A stretch of DNA of 63,968 nucleotides, filler included, from Basidiobolus ranarum (Eukaryota), in the NCBI GenBank assembly GCA_040143965.1. It is 3 parts of 3 records of this genome, joined end to end, with 100 filler letters (N's around TTAATTAATTAA, not from the genome) between each part and the next. Parts side by side here need not be neighbours in the genome. Positions count along the whole stretch, not along the records: positions 46,858 to 63,968 come from JASJQH010000314.1; 2 more parts are not named here. One strand, written 5' to 3'. Below, piece after piece: positions 53,511 through 63,968 of this stretch. Position numbers and translations under genes: made by a program. How positions within the stretch are numbered: position 1 is the stretch's first letter; each line of letters begins with the position of its first letter. The notes under the pieces were generated by a model. That model worked only from the letters and a program-made list of their open reading frames with translations, had not been told where the DNA came from and did not search any database.

Positions 53511-53939
53511 ACAATGCTGTTAACATTCATTCTAGAGCAGCTAACTACCTCAACTTAGCATAATGGGTCAATTAATTTTGATGAATATCCATCTCTATAT
53601 CCTTTAGCTCAGACCAACTATCTCAGTAGATATCCGATTCCTTAAAACTATCTTTGAATAAAATTTTCTTCTCTATGTGTAGAGTATTTCGCTTAAAGCG
53701 TGTGCCTTATTGCACTCGTGATAATCTTATACTAGAACCAACATTGATTACTACTTGTTGTTCAGCTTGGTTCAAAAAAAATCGGAGTGGCTAACTTCCT
53801 ATTTAGTGACCTTCAGTTGTGATCCGAGTGTATCCGTTTATCTGAAGCCTCATTAACAGTCCTCATGTGATGAATATGCCACATTGCCCTACCGTAAAGA
53901 TCCCAAACTTGATGGAGTTTGGGATAATTTTTGTTGAAA

Positions 53940-54020
53940 TGATGTAACTTTACTTCTTTTCAAACATGGATATTTCCTGATGTAACTTTACTTCTTTTCA
54001 AACATGGATATTTCCTGATG
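53940..54020. repeat. Perfect 38-bp tandem duplication
   Basis: TGATGTAACTTTACTTCTTTTCAAACATGGATATTTCC x2, then TGATG. Confidence 0.9.
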
Positions 54021-54242
54021 ATCAAGATAAGCTTATTAAAGTTAAACAAGAGCGATTGATGGCACGTAGGACGATTCACAGGTTTGGTTCATAAACATAA
54101 ATAATTCCGAGGATGTTGAGAAATATACAGTTGAACTTTAATTAAAGTGAAAATTTACAACATGGGTCGACTACAAGGCTCAACTCTGAATTGTTCTAGT
54201 CAACCTATCGAGGCTTGAGGGTATCCATGGTCATGTGGAGTG

Positions 54243-54509
54243 TTACTTGCTCATGACACCCGTTAAGTGGATAAGCTGGTCATATGTAGCACTCAATAGA
54301 TTGTATATTTCGTCTATAGCCTCTTCATCGCTGAGCTCATTGAACTCCGTATTAGAAAGAATTTTAGGACGTTCAGGTTTACTTTCCACCGAACTCCCTT
54401 CTCTTTTCAGGGTAGATGCGGATTGTTGGTCCAAAGGCAAGTCTTGTTGATAGAATGGATTGTTATTGAAGTATGAGTTCTTGATTTGCTGTTTGTGGGA
54501 CGCAATCAT
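54243..54509 (-). CDS. Small orphan protein (88 aa), tandem paralog A
   Basis: ATG at 54507-54509 about 60 nt below a TATAAAA box; FYQQDLP and LSNTEFNELSDEEAIDEIYNLL shared with the neighbouring ORF. Confidence 0.7.
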   Translation of the reverse strand: MIASHKQQIKNSYFNNNPFYQQDLPLDQQSASTLKREGSSVESKPERPKILSNTEFNELSDEEAIDEIYNLLSATYDQLIHLTGVMSK

Positions 54510-55122
54510 AGTACCGATAGAGTTAATTGAAAAGACATAGACATTCGTCAGGTCAGGGCAATCTCTTTTTATAGAAAGCACAACCCATTCCTGTATCTTA
54601 AACAAAACTCTTATCAGTTTGCATCAGTCAATTTCCATGACAATACGGGTTCAAACCGTGATGTATGGAAGTGTTCTGCTGACCCTCAACGTCCCTGGTT
54701 CATCCGTGATTTTCTGGATTGTTATCATCAATTTATTACTTTTCTATTGAGTCGAAATATTCCGGATAAACTTCATCTCTACAGTTTTAAGTGAGCACTT
54801 CGGATCAAGGTGTAAAGTGGCGATTGATGAGCCGCTAGTTGTAACCTTAAACCTAAGGGGGGAACTAAATATGATGTGGTAGTGCTTGTAAAACTACGTT
54901 ATCTTTTCGCTGCTTGTTGGTGTGGTATGCCACCTCAGGTGTTCTGTTGGCATAAAATTTATTATTTATTACAATTCTGAATTACATAGTATAAAATCTA
55001 GATCGCATTACGACCAATATAATATTACAAAACAGGATCCAGGGAAGGTTTTGAATCCTGTAAATTGGTGGGCAGAAGTGGTTCTAATCGTACGTAGAGC
55101 GTTGTCAGCAGGTGGTTCTGGG

Positions 55123-55413
55123 TCAACAAGCTTGAGATTTGGTTTTGGTAAAATCCACGAACTTCTCGAAAGTATCATTAAGTAAATCATATAAAGTGTC
55201 AATAGCTTCGTCGTGATTGAGCTCTCCAAATTCCTCTAGTGAGAGAGGTTGCTTAAGACTTGAAGTACTATTTGATAGTTTTGGAAGTTCAGGAAGGTCA
55301 ATTGGAAGCTCCTGTTGATAGAATGTAGCATTTCCAAAAAATGAAGTTGCAGAAGGACGTCTATCGGAGCATTGTGACTTGCTAGAGTAGTTCTTGGCTT
55401 GGAGAGAAATCAT
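55123..55413 (-). CDS. Small orphan protein (96 aa), tandem paralog B
   Basis: ATG at 55411-55413 below TATATAAA; FYQQELP and LSLEEFGELNHDEAIDTLYDLL. Confidence 0.7.
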   Translation of the reverse strand: MISLQAKNYSSKSQCSDRRPSATSFFGNATFYQQELPIDLPELPKLSNSTSSLKQPLSLEEFGELNHDEAIDTLYDLLNDTFEKFVDFTKTKSQAC

Positions 55414-58212
55414 GATGAAGATAGATGAATTTGAGTATCTAGTAGTCTGTTGATTGATATTTATATAGCTTCTCATATCTTAACCCGAACTTGTCCGATC
55501 GTATACCTGCTTCCCTAGCCACCTTTATCATAGCCCAAAGCAGCAATCCTATCATATGGAACCTTTCGTAGAAGTTGGCTGGTTTTCACCAAATGCGAAT
55601 CTAGTCTAGAATAACGTGATCTACCAATAATGAGAATTAGTGAAAAGTAAACGAATTATTCAAGAATATCATTCCGGAATATACCACTGGTGGTAATTAC
55701 CATACCATATGCTGTGGTGTGGTATAAATTAGCTCACCTTCGACCGGTAATAATGAGTTGATTCAAACAAAACAATTGAAGAGCTAGTTGAAACACAGCA
55801 ACTGTGGATAAGTATACTAATGTTGATGAAACATAGCTTGATTCTTCTAAAACAAAAATGTAGGAGGTACTATTGGCCATGAACAAAATGTACATGCTGA
55901 TATTTTTGTATCTACTACACCACATAGAAAAGGGGTATTCGTGCAGAAAAACGCCTTGACGTGGAGTTTTTAGATAGCCAATGTCCTAACCCTGTTCTAT
56001 TTAGATAACCACTCTGCTTAGAAAGCCTCAAGCAAATGATTTACATTACACTTGAACTTTTTTTATTATTGAATCAATATGTATGGCCATCAACTCTTTG
56101 GCAATATATACATATAATAACATGGATATTCAATCCAATCGCTCAACGTTGAAATATTTTTGGAGCTACTAGATGCCAATTAATGACCTTTTCTGCCAAG
56201 TCCACAAATTTATAATTACATACTTCATTTCCGAAGCCATATTGCTTAACCTTAAGTATAAGATACATCTAAGTCTCGTTGACAATAAAGATATCGCATA
56301 TTATGGCATACAGAAACCAATGCAGCATTACAATACTCACCATCATGCACTAATCCATATTTACAGATACAAGCACATTCCTTGGGCACTGCAGTAACTC
56401 TGATGCTTAGCGGAGCGGTATGGTGCGGTTTAGTGTAGTGTAGTGCGGTGCAGAGTAATTAACTCAAGTCCTTATTCTATGCAGTACCGTGAATCTACAT
56501 ACACAATGCGTAAACTAGTGGATCATCACTCGCTTGGACTATTTCTATCCTGGGCTTTATCTATATGCAACTTTAATTCCTGCTTTACTCCTGTTACTTA
56601 TCTAAATTCGCTACTACTGCAAAGCCTCTCATGTTATTATAGTGTTGATGGCCCCTCAAAACCAAAGCATTATCTGTTTGCAATTATATGGTAAAACATA
56701 AATAGTAATGCATATTATGCACATACTTTGCATCGTAAATCCCTCATCTTGGTAAGTTTTATTTACCTTAATAAGTTAATATGATAGTTCCGTCTCCTAC
56801 TGGGAGTAGTCCCGCTATGCAGAGCTACTATTAGAACTGCTATCTTATGCATATAAAAATAAAATCCCAAGAAGCTCTGTTAGACACATAATACCATATT
56901 TGTTGGTGGATAAACTGGGAAATCATCTCAAGATCTACCAGATGTTTCCGTGACAATTAAAGCAATAGACCTATCCTAAAATACATATCAACCAGCGTCA
57001 TCAATCCCAAAATGATCCCAGAGCCTCAGAGTCTAGACTCTGGTGTATATTTGACAAGTAATACATGATCATTTTGTAACACTCTCTAACTGTATTTGGA
57101 TTCGTCGAGAGTAGCCAATATATCGCGCGAACTAGACTATTTGTTGACGCGTTTCCATTGGAAGCTACAACTTAATCAACATTAGTAAACACTTTAATCA
57201 TATCTCGTTTGATCATATGTGACCATAAGGCTTATTTGGTCATCCGAAACTGATATTCTGGACAACTCTTGAATTAATCAGTTTTCACATTCTAATTACA
57301 GTATGAAACATTTCTGAGAAGCCATGACTTACAGGTATCGATTAGGATTCAGCTGTACAGAAAGAGCTAGGGCTTGAGAACAAGTGTAAGAGGTAGAATT
57401 ATTGGCCAAAATGACAAGAAGCCACCCAAGAACAGTTGAGCCAAACCATACACAATCAAGAACATTGGAGATTCATATTTAAAATAGTAGCACTTCCCCT
57501 TATTCCTGTGATACATCAGTGACCGATACAACAGTGACCGTCTGTATGACAAAGAAAGATCACCTTGTGTCGAAACAATTTCTCGAATACGCCCTTGTCA
57601 TGAACAAAGTTATTGAAGCAATGGTTGTTGATGCTTATGTGACAAATTATGTACGTTTCTGTAACATTGAAAGAGCTATTCTGTTGTTGGAAGTTAGTAC
57701 GAGATTCCTTTGTTGGGCTACGGAAGATAATCATGTTTGTAACAAACGCAACTGCATATTCCCCGGGTTCCATAGAATACAAATCCATTCACAATAAGGA
57801 GTGCCTATTAAGTATCCATTGACAGGTTTAGTAAAGTAATTAATCTAAATTGGTGGGACAACAATTATTCGCGTCTATTTATGGTATACAATTAAACATC
57901 TCCAAAGGGGGGCAGTTATGGAGTTATTTGATTCGGCACTTTTCTCGCTCTCAATACAGCACGAAATGCATTTCTTAATCATTTATTTAGCAATATAATT
58001 CTTTGTATCAATGTCTATTTTTATTCCTCAATCGACCCAGCCAATTACCACAACTTATGGTTATTCATTTCCTTATTTAAATCCCTGATGCCCACCGTGA
58101 GCCACCAACCCGTTCTCTTTTCACTCACCAACCCACACAACTTTCGCTGGCAAGACCAAGATTGTTATAACATAGACACTTGTACTCACTGTTTCATATA
58201 TCACAACCCAAA

Positions 58213-59004
58213 ATGACTTTAGCTTTCCCCAACCACTCGATAAATCGTCTCTCACTCAACACTTTACCGAAAAAATCGATGATGTCGATGAAGAATAGGA
58301 ACTCGAAAAATCTATCCTTAGCTCTCTCCGGCAGCGCCGTACAATCACTCGCTCCTGCAACCCCTAAGACTCCTGTGGCCTCATTTCGTCGCTCAGTCTC
58401 TCAAGTTCCCAGCAAGGAAAACCTGACGAATTATGATTCCCCATACGTGAACGGACCCGTATGCATCCTTCCCTATCTTTATCTTGGTGCTGAGCACAAT
58501 GCTTCTAGTAAGGATAACTTGAATAAGTGTGACATTCACTTCATTCTCAATGTTGCAAAAGAGGTGAAGAATCCATTATTGATGGATCCCCAAAGTAGTG
58601 ATGCCGTGTTCACCGTCGAACAAGGCTCAGATATTCGTCATGTCAACTACAAGAAGTTTTCCTGGGGTCATAACCAAGAAAATTTGTCGGATTTCTTTGA
58701 AACAGCGTTTTCTTATATCGACGACGCTCGTTCTCGTGGTTTATCGGTGCTGGTTCACTGTCAGTGTGGAGTCTCTCGCTCCGCTAGTCTAATCATCGCC
58801 TATGTTATGCGATCCCTTCGTATGAATGTTAACGAGGCTTATTCATTTGTCAAGGCACGTAGCTCTACCATATCACCCAACATGAGTTTGGTATATCAAT
58901 TGGTAGATCTTGAAAAGACTTTGAACCTTGAACACAAGAGCGTCGAATTCGCTGAGCCAAATACTCCCACTTTGACTCGCAGAGCCTCTACAGCTTGCGC
59001 ATGA
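58213..59004 (+). CDS. Dual-specificity (MAP kinase) phosphatase, Msg5/Pmp1-like
   Basis: KNRNSKNLSL docking-like motif; GPVCILPYLYLG; catalytic VLVHCQCGVSRSASLIIAYVM; ISPNMSLVYQL. Confidence 0.92.
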   Translation: MTLAFPNHSINRLSLNTLPKKSMMSMKNRNSKNLSLALSGSAVQSLAPATPKTPVASFRRSVSQVPSKENLTNYDSPYVNGPVCILPYLYLGAEHNASSKDNLNKCDIHFILNVAKEVKNPLLMDPQSSDAVFTVEQGSDIRHVNYKKFSWGHNQENLSDFFETAFSYIDDARSRGLSVLVHCQCGVSRSASLIIAYVMRSLRMNVNEAYSFVKARSSTISPNMSLVYQLVDLEKTLNLEHKSVEFAEPNTPTLTRRASTACA

Positions 59005-60434
59005 ATGGATTCGCTATGATGCTTGAACGCCTCACCATTTACATTCCGTCTATATATCCACGCTTCTGTATATAATTTGAACACTTCGTCTTGTACGTTT
59101 CAAGCCTTCTCCATCTCAAGGATATGTTCAACGTGGCCTATCTATGTTTCAACTGGTTTTAAATCATTTGGTCACCACCTCTTCCGTTTACTATTGACTG
59201 AGTCATCAAAAAATGGCACAACTATATCGCTTGTGCAGTTACAAATTATAGAATTTTCATTTACTTTCAAAACTTTCTACAACACCTTCCCCGCCAATTA
59301 TTGTACACTTTGGGTTTCTAGAATCAGACTATTGTAGGATTTCCAATTATAGGTTGCTAACATTTCACATATAATTCCAATTACTTTCATTGCTGAGAGT
59401 GACCAATGATAAATTATATTTCCCATGTTTCATCCCTTTTTTTTCTTTTTTTTAACTCAGTTCCACTTGGATGAATATTTCCATAATAAATCTATCTCAT
59501 AGTGAAGTCAAATTCGGGTGATTTTCAATGGATTTTTGGGATTAATAATGCTCCAAGTAACATTAAATACATATGGTTTCATTAAGTACTACCTCTGAAT
59601 TAAACGGGTTGTAACATGACTACCACGACGATGCTAAATTGAGATGAGATTACAAATATTGAATATGGAATTGAAATTTAACTTGTGCGCGTAGGTGATG
59701 TAGAATATAGAAATAGTCAAGGCGATGATGATCCACATATTTACATTGTGTATTCACTCCTCTGCTCTAAGTTAATGAGTTGCACTGCACCACCCAACAC
59801 TACATGACATCACTTGCCAAGCATAGCATACCCAAATAGTGATTCCTAAGCCTGTATCTATGAATAGTACTTTAATACTGTGAATTAATTTCTGTATGTT
59901 ACCTTACAGTATTGACCCTATTGTCAACGAGATAAGACCAAGTATTTCAGCCTCGAGAATGAGATTAGTAAGCTTGTGATGATTCTTACATCTATTATCT
60001 ACTGATATAGTAAATCATATATGTATCAACTAATGTTACTCCCACTTGGGCGCAATTAAGTCAAGTTGCACCAAAAGGTTATTGCATCATATATCCGAAT
60101 AATGCATGACAACTATGGATTTGCCTACAACGGGGTGGGGAGTTTTACTTTATATAGTGTTGTTACTGTGAATGTTCAGATGTAGCTGAAAAACCAACTT
60201 AGAAAATCTCTACTTTTGGAGTGAAAATACTACTGTTTTCCACTCAATTTAAAAAGTCTTTCTAAGACTACATTAAGTTACCCCAAGGATGCAATCTCAC
60301 ATATTTTCGAGGGATTATGTTGTCAGTGTACATAAATTAGACCAAATATGAGCTATGTGCAAGTTACTCGATGTGAATTTATTACGTTGTAATTTATAAT
60401 ACGTGAAAGGGTTTGTTTATTGAACTTTAAAAAT

Positions 60435-61480
60435 TTATTGAGCTTCAGTAGTTTGCTCAGCGACTTCAGGTTCAACGGGTGCTTCTACCTTCTTTTGGAA
60501 ATCTTCAGAGATGGGCTCAGTGATAGCAGCTTCTTCCTTGGGTTCCAAAACGGTGATCATATCAGGAAGAGGGTTCTTAGGGCCAATCTTGCCAGAAGGA
60601 TCCCAATCCAACATAATCTTAACCTTAATACCAAGGACACCTTGGCGAAGAAGAACGTGACGAACAGCGGTGGTAATGTAATCACGGACGGGTTGACCGG
60701 AGTGAATCATGAAACCATCAGAGAATTTCATAGCCTTGGCACGAGCAGCACGAAGTTTACCTGAGATAACAACCTCGCAACCCTTAGCTCCGGATTCCAT
60801 AGCGAAACGAAGAACGGAGTAAGCGGCACGACGAACAGCAAGACCAGCAATCAACTTGTAACGGACTGATTCGCATTGGGCAATAGCACAGAGACCGCGG
60901 TTAGCGACACGTTCAGCATAAAGCTCAACGGTGTTCTCGGGGAAGTTGAAACGCTTTTGGACAACAGAGGTCAATTCACGAATACGACGTCCCTTCTCAC
61001 CAAGAACATCTTGGGTACGGGTGGCACGGATGATGATCTCAGTACGGGCAGGGGTGACACGGACCTCAACACCAGCGTAACCTTCCTCAGCGAGCTCACG
61101 AGTGAAGAACTCGTTAAGTTCGGCGTAGAAAACACCATCAGCAACGAACTAAATAATGGATTCTAGTTAGAAAAGATGCTATAAACACAAATCATATTGT
61201 AGTAAGGGACGAAGTCAAGTCAGAGATAGAAAAGATTCAGTGCATTATGCCACATTCCCGAAGGCAGGCATTCAAACAAGAGGTGTCAGAAATCAAAATC
61301 TCATCATTATGACAATTTATTATGTGCTCAGAGGTTGTTTGTTGATGGAACCAATAAATCCTTCCATTCGGATTTTTGGATGCATCCATCCAACTCTTCT
61401 GGAGAAACATAATCTATTGAGTGTAGGTGCTATTATTGATGGCTCATTACCTTTCTTTTCTTGGAAATTTGAGCGGCCAT
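60435..61480 (-). CDS. RPS3: 40S ribosomal protein S3 (uS3), 2 exons (intron 61149-61450)
   Basis: [40 protein letters not shown]...[10 protein letters not shown]...[16 protein letters not shown]. Confidence 0.97.
61213..61314 (-). ncRNA. Intronic box C/D snoRNA, SNORD60/snR48-like
   Basis: Box C ATGATGA (61301-61307), guide TTTCTGACACCTCTTG (61277-61292) complementary to LSU rRNA GAGGUGUCAGAAA, box D CTGA (61220-61223), short GTCA/TGAC terminal stem. Confidence 0.8.
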
Positions 61481-61643
61481 GATGGATCTTGTAGGTTTCC
61501 TCAACTGCAACTAGTGAGCAATTTACACACGTCTGAATCCACAGGCGAAGAGGGAGTCAACGGAAAAGGATTGAACCTTCAGAGGAGTGCTCTCACTTTG
61601 TAGGGATTACACGAGAGATGATTGGCTAATGGATTTCATCTTA

Positions 61644-61651
61644 TCACGTGA
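61644..61651. promoter_or_regulatory. TCACGTGA E-box (Cbf1-type bHLH site) upstream of rps3, next to a CCAAT box
   Basis: Exact palindrome about 165 nt upstream of the ATG; ATTGG at 61621; function inferred only. Confidence 0.3.
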
Positions 61652-62907
61652 TTATAGAACGAAATCACTCTACTGATCTTTTTCAAGTGGTGTTGAAAGA
61701 AATGGCAATAATTCAACTAATAAATGATGCTTTTAATCCATGAATTGTGAAGTGTTCAAGATCCATGCTCTGTATATATATATATTCTGTCTCCATCTAT
61801 ACATCTCACCAACTCTCAGGAGGACATAACTCTATAGTGCAAGGCCTAGGGATACATATAAGCTGAATAATAGGCCAATTAAGTTGGAAAATAAGCTCTT
61901 CATCTGAACACAGTCATACTCGTAACATCTACTTGAATACTCTATTCGAGGTAGATAATGTCCTCACCCTTAATTGGTTGATAAATCCTTCTAACTCGCC
62001 TGGGCAATGCAAAATACTGCATAAAAGGTAGTTAATATTCACAAGTCAGCCTCTTTTCTTGGATTACAATCAACTAAGCGTCACATCAGTTTATGATGAT
62101 AGCGGCCTCGATTACTTCTCGATCGATATACGATACAGCTTTTAATTAATTTGTTACTAAACGGTAAAATTTCAATCCAATAAATGTCCGGCAACCATAT
62201 AATACCATCTGCAAGCTCTAACTAGTGGCTTGACCAAATATGTTTGTAAATAGATACATGCTTGAACGGCTCATGCTAAAGTAATCAATTTAATTCAAAT
62301 GAACACCAAAAAGGTAAGTGTATATTCCTGTTACTTTAGTCAGCTGATAAGTCCATACTCAAGGTGTATTCTTTTAGAGGCATACATACGGCATGGCAAA
62401 CTCAATTAGCACCTACGTCGGATGATTAAGATAAACACCCAAACAAGGGATAAACCATATCCCTTAAATCCGGTAATGGATAGCGTCTCCAGAATTAGAT
62501 AACTTTAAAGTTGACGTGCGTATAACGTCTAGAGTTGGGTTTGGTAAGAGCAATGAATGATTACCAGGTTGACATCAACGTCAGTCTTACTCGCCTCTGC
62601 CAATATCTGACGGAGATTTCATGTAAGTATGATCGAGTGGTTTACGTATCTCAACTGTAGAATGGGTAGAATGGGAAATATGGAACATAATAATCAATTT
62701 CCACCGTACTTAATAATTCCATTCAAATCTTTTTTTTAGTTTCACTTCCAAATATGGAATTGGTGCTGGTAGAATTCTGTGACACAATAGTATATGATTG
62801 GTCACAAGGATTGTACCAGTGACTGAGCCGTGATCAGTATATAAAGGCAGTCAACTCTGCCCGAGAGATTCATCATTTTTTGTTGTGCATTATAACCCGC
62901 TATTATC

Positions 62908-63177
62908 ATGGCTCCTTTCGCTTTTGAATTATTCCCTCTTGAATACCAATCTTCAGAACCAACAAATACAGCCAACTCGAGCATGCCTCAGAGCAGCATA
63001 CGACCCTCAACCACGAAGCTCGCAACCTCTGGGGGTATTCAACTAGGTGGTGTACCTATGGTACGAGAAAACCACACATGTGTTATCAAGAAGTCTACAC
63101 CCGAGCACCTTTACTCTCTCTTGATGGCCAACACATACGTGCCACCCATTACCGAAACCTCTATTCCACAGTGCTAA
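62908..63177 (+). CDS. Possible small orphan protein (89 aa)
   Basis: ATG in ATCATGG context about 65 nt below TATATAAA; no recognisable motif. Confidence 0.35.
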   Translation: MAPFAFELFPLEYQSSEPTNTANSSMPQSSIRPSTTKLATSGGIQLGGVPMVRENHTCVIKKSTPEHLYSLLMANTYVPPITETSIPQC

Positions 63178-63743
63178 TGTTATGTATATGTCCTCATGTT
63201 AGCAACATAGACCTAAGCCATTATTATTTGTATTTTTTACATTGTCTTATATTTCCACCATAATACCTAATGCTCTAAAAAGCCACCTACATCGGAAAAA
63301 TAAAATTCCTTGTTAATCTTCTACGTCTTTACCCGCTACTAATGAATATCTCACGTTTCTAAGATATGTACTGATAGGCAGGTATTGATAGTGAATAGCA
63401 TGGTGAGACTAATTTTCGAATACATTATTCATTGGATTATAGTTCGGAATTTTGGAAGTATCCAAATCTAGTTTCGATTTTAGAATTAGTGATACCATTT
63501 GTAGTTCGATTCAATCTAAGAAGGTACAGTTGCATGTTGCATGTGAACATAGTATCATTATTAGCTACTGAAATTACGATGGTTAATCATCGGAGAATAT
63601 CATTAGAGATCATTTATAATCGATCCAAGATCACTTTTTAAGAATTCTTATTTATTATTAAGAAATCAAAGTTAGAGTTACTCAAGTTCCATTTTAATCC
63701 TCGAAATTGAGGCTTTTGAAAATCAATTTAGAGAAATTGCTGT

Positions 63744-63968
63744 TTAGAGTTGACGGTTTAAACCACGGCCAGATTGACGGCTACGGGGGTATTGTTCCTC
63801 CTCATCTTCATATTGGCGACCAAATCCACGACCGTAACGGCGGCTACGAGGGTATTGCTCTTCCTCATCTTCATATTGGCGACCAAATCCACGACCATAA
63901 CGACGGCTACGAGGGTATTGCTCTTCCTCATCTTCATATTGTCTACAAGATACAACACCGTAACGACG
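63744..63968 (-). CDS. 3' end of a 21-aa tandem-repeat protein (63-bp units), running off the window end
   Basis: Frame RRYGVVSCRQYEDEEEQYPRSRRYGRGFGRQYEDEEEQYPRSRRYGRGFGRQYEDEEEQYPRSRQSGRGLNRQL*; differences between full units are mainly third-position in this frame. Confidence 0.75.
   Translation of the reverse strand, partial: RRYGVVSCRQYEDEEEQYPRSRRYGRGFGRQYEDEEEQYPRSRRYGRGFGRQYEDEEEQYPRSRQSGRGLNRQL

Noticed and set aside
57367-57797. Overlapping short ORFs, possibly a transposon relic
   Set aside because: No diagnostic motif, TIR or second copy recognised
63758-63958. ORF-track protein MLYLVDNMKMRKSNTLVAVV... and a CRISPR-like appearance of the repeats
   Set aside because: Wrong frame, since unit differences are synonymous in the YGRGFGRQYEDEEE frame; the units are contiguous with no unique spacers and the DNA is eukaryotic
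46858-63968. A RiPP biosynthetic cluster between the two repeat genes
   Set aside because: No DUF3328, peptidase or transporter, and housekeeping rps3 and a phosphatase intervene; only the methyltransferase could be tailoring and nothing links it

Overview
Eukaryotic, AT-rich, intron-rich DNA. Short GT-AG introns with CTAAC-type branch points and the gene set point to a fungus, probably an early-diverging lineage (inference). The window has three contig pieces joined by two identical N44-TTAATTAATTAA-N44 spacers (23348-23447, 46758-46857). Recognisable genes: rpl35, PMCA-type Ca2+-ATPase, ADAM protease, OSBP, DUF1279, Rds2/AcuM-type Zn2Cys6 factor, dynamitin, Cps1-like GT2, Rab11, LisH-WD40, Sec12, AP-1 gamma, COX6A, Ras, Bmt5, fasciclin, SAM methyltransferase, GH16, a dual-specificity phosphatase and rps3, plus decayed Ty1/copia relics and a MITE-like element. 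The most interesting signals are five: (i) two paralogous 21-aa tandem-repeat genes missed by the ORF track, with a prohormone-like RSRR/YGRGFGR/acidic-spacer layout; (ii) an obligatory 2-nt micro-exon in Ras; (iii) a SNORD60/snR48-like snoRNA in the rps3 intron; (iv) a pair of orphan secreted Ser/Gly-rich proteins; (v) a pair of small orphan proteins. Exon boundaries were derived by eye and no database searches were run.
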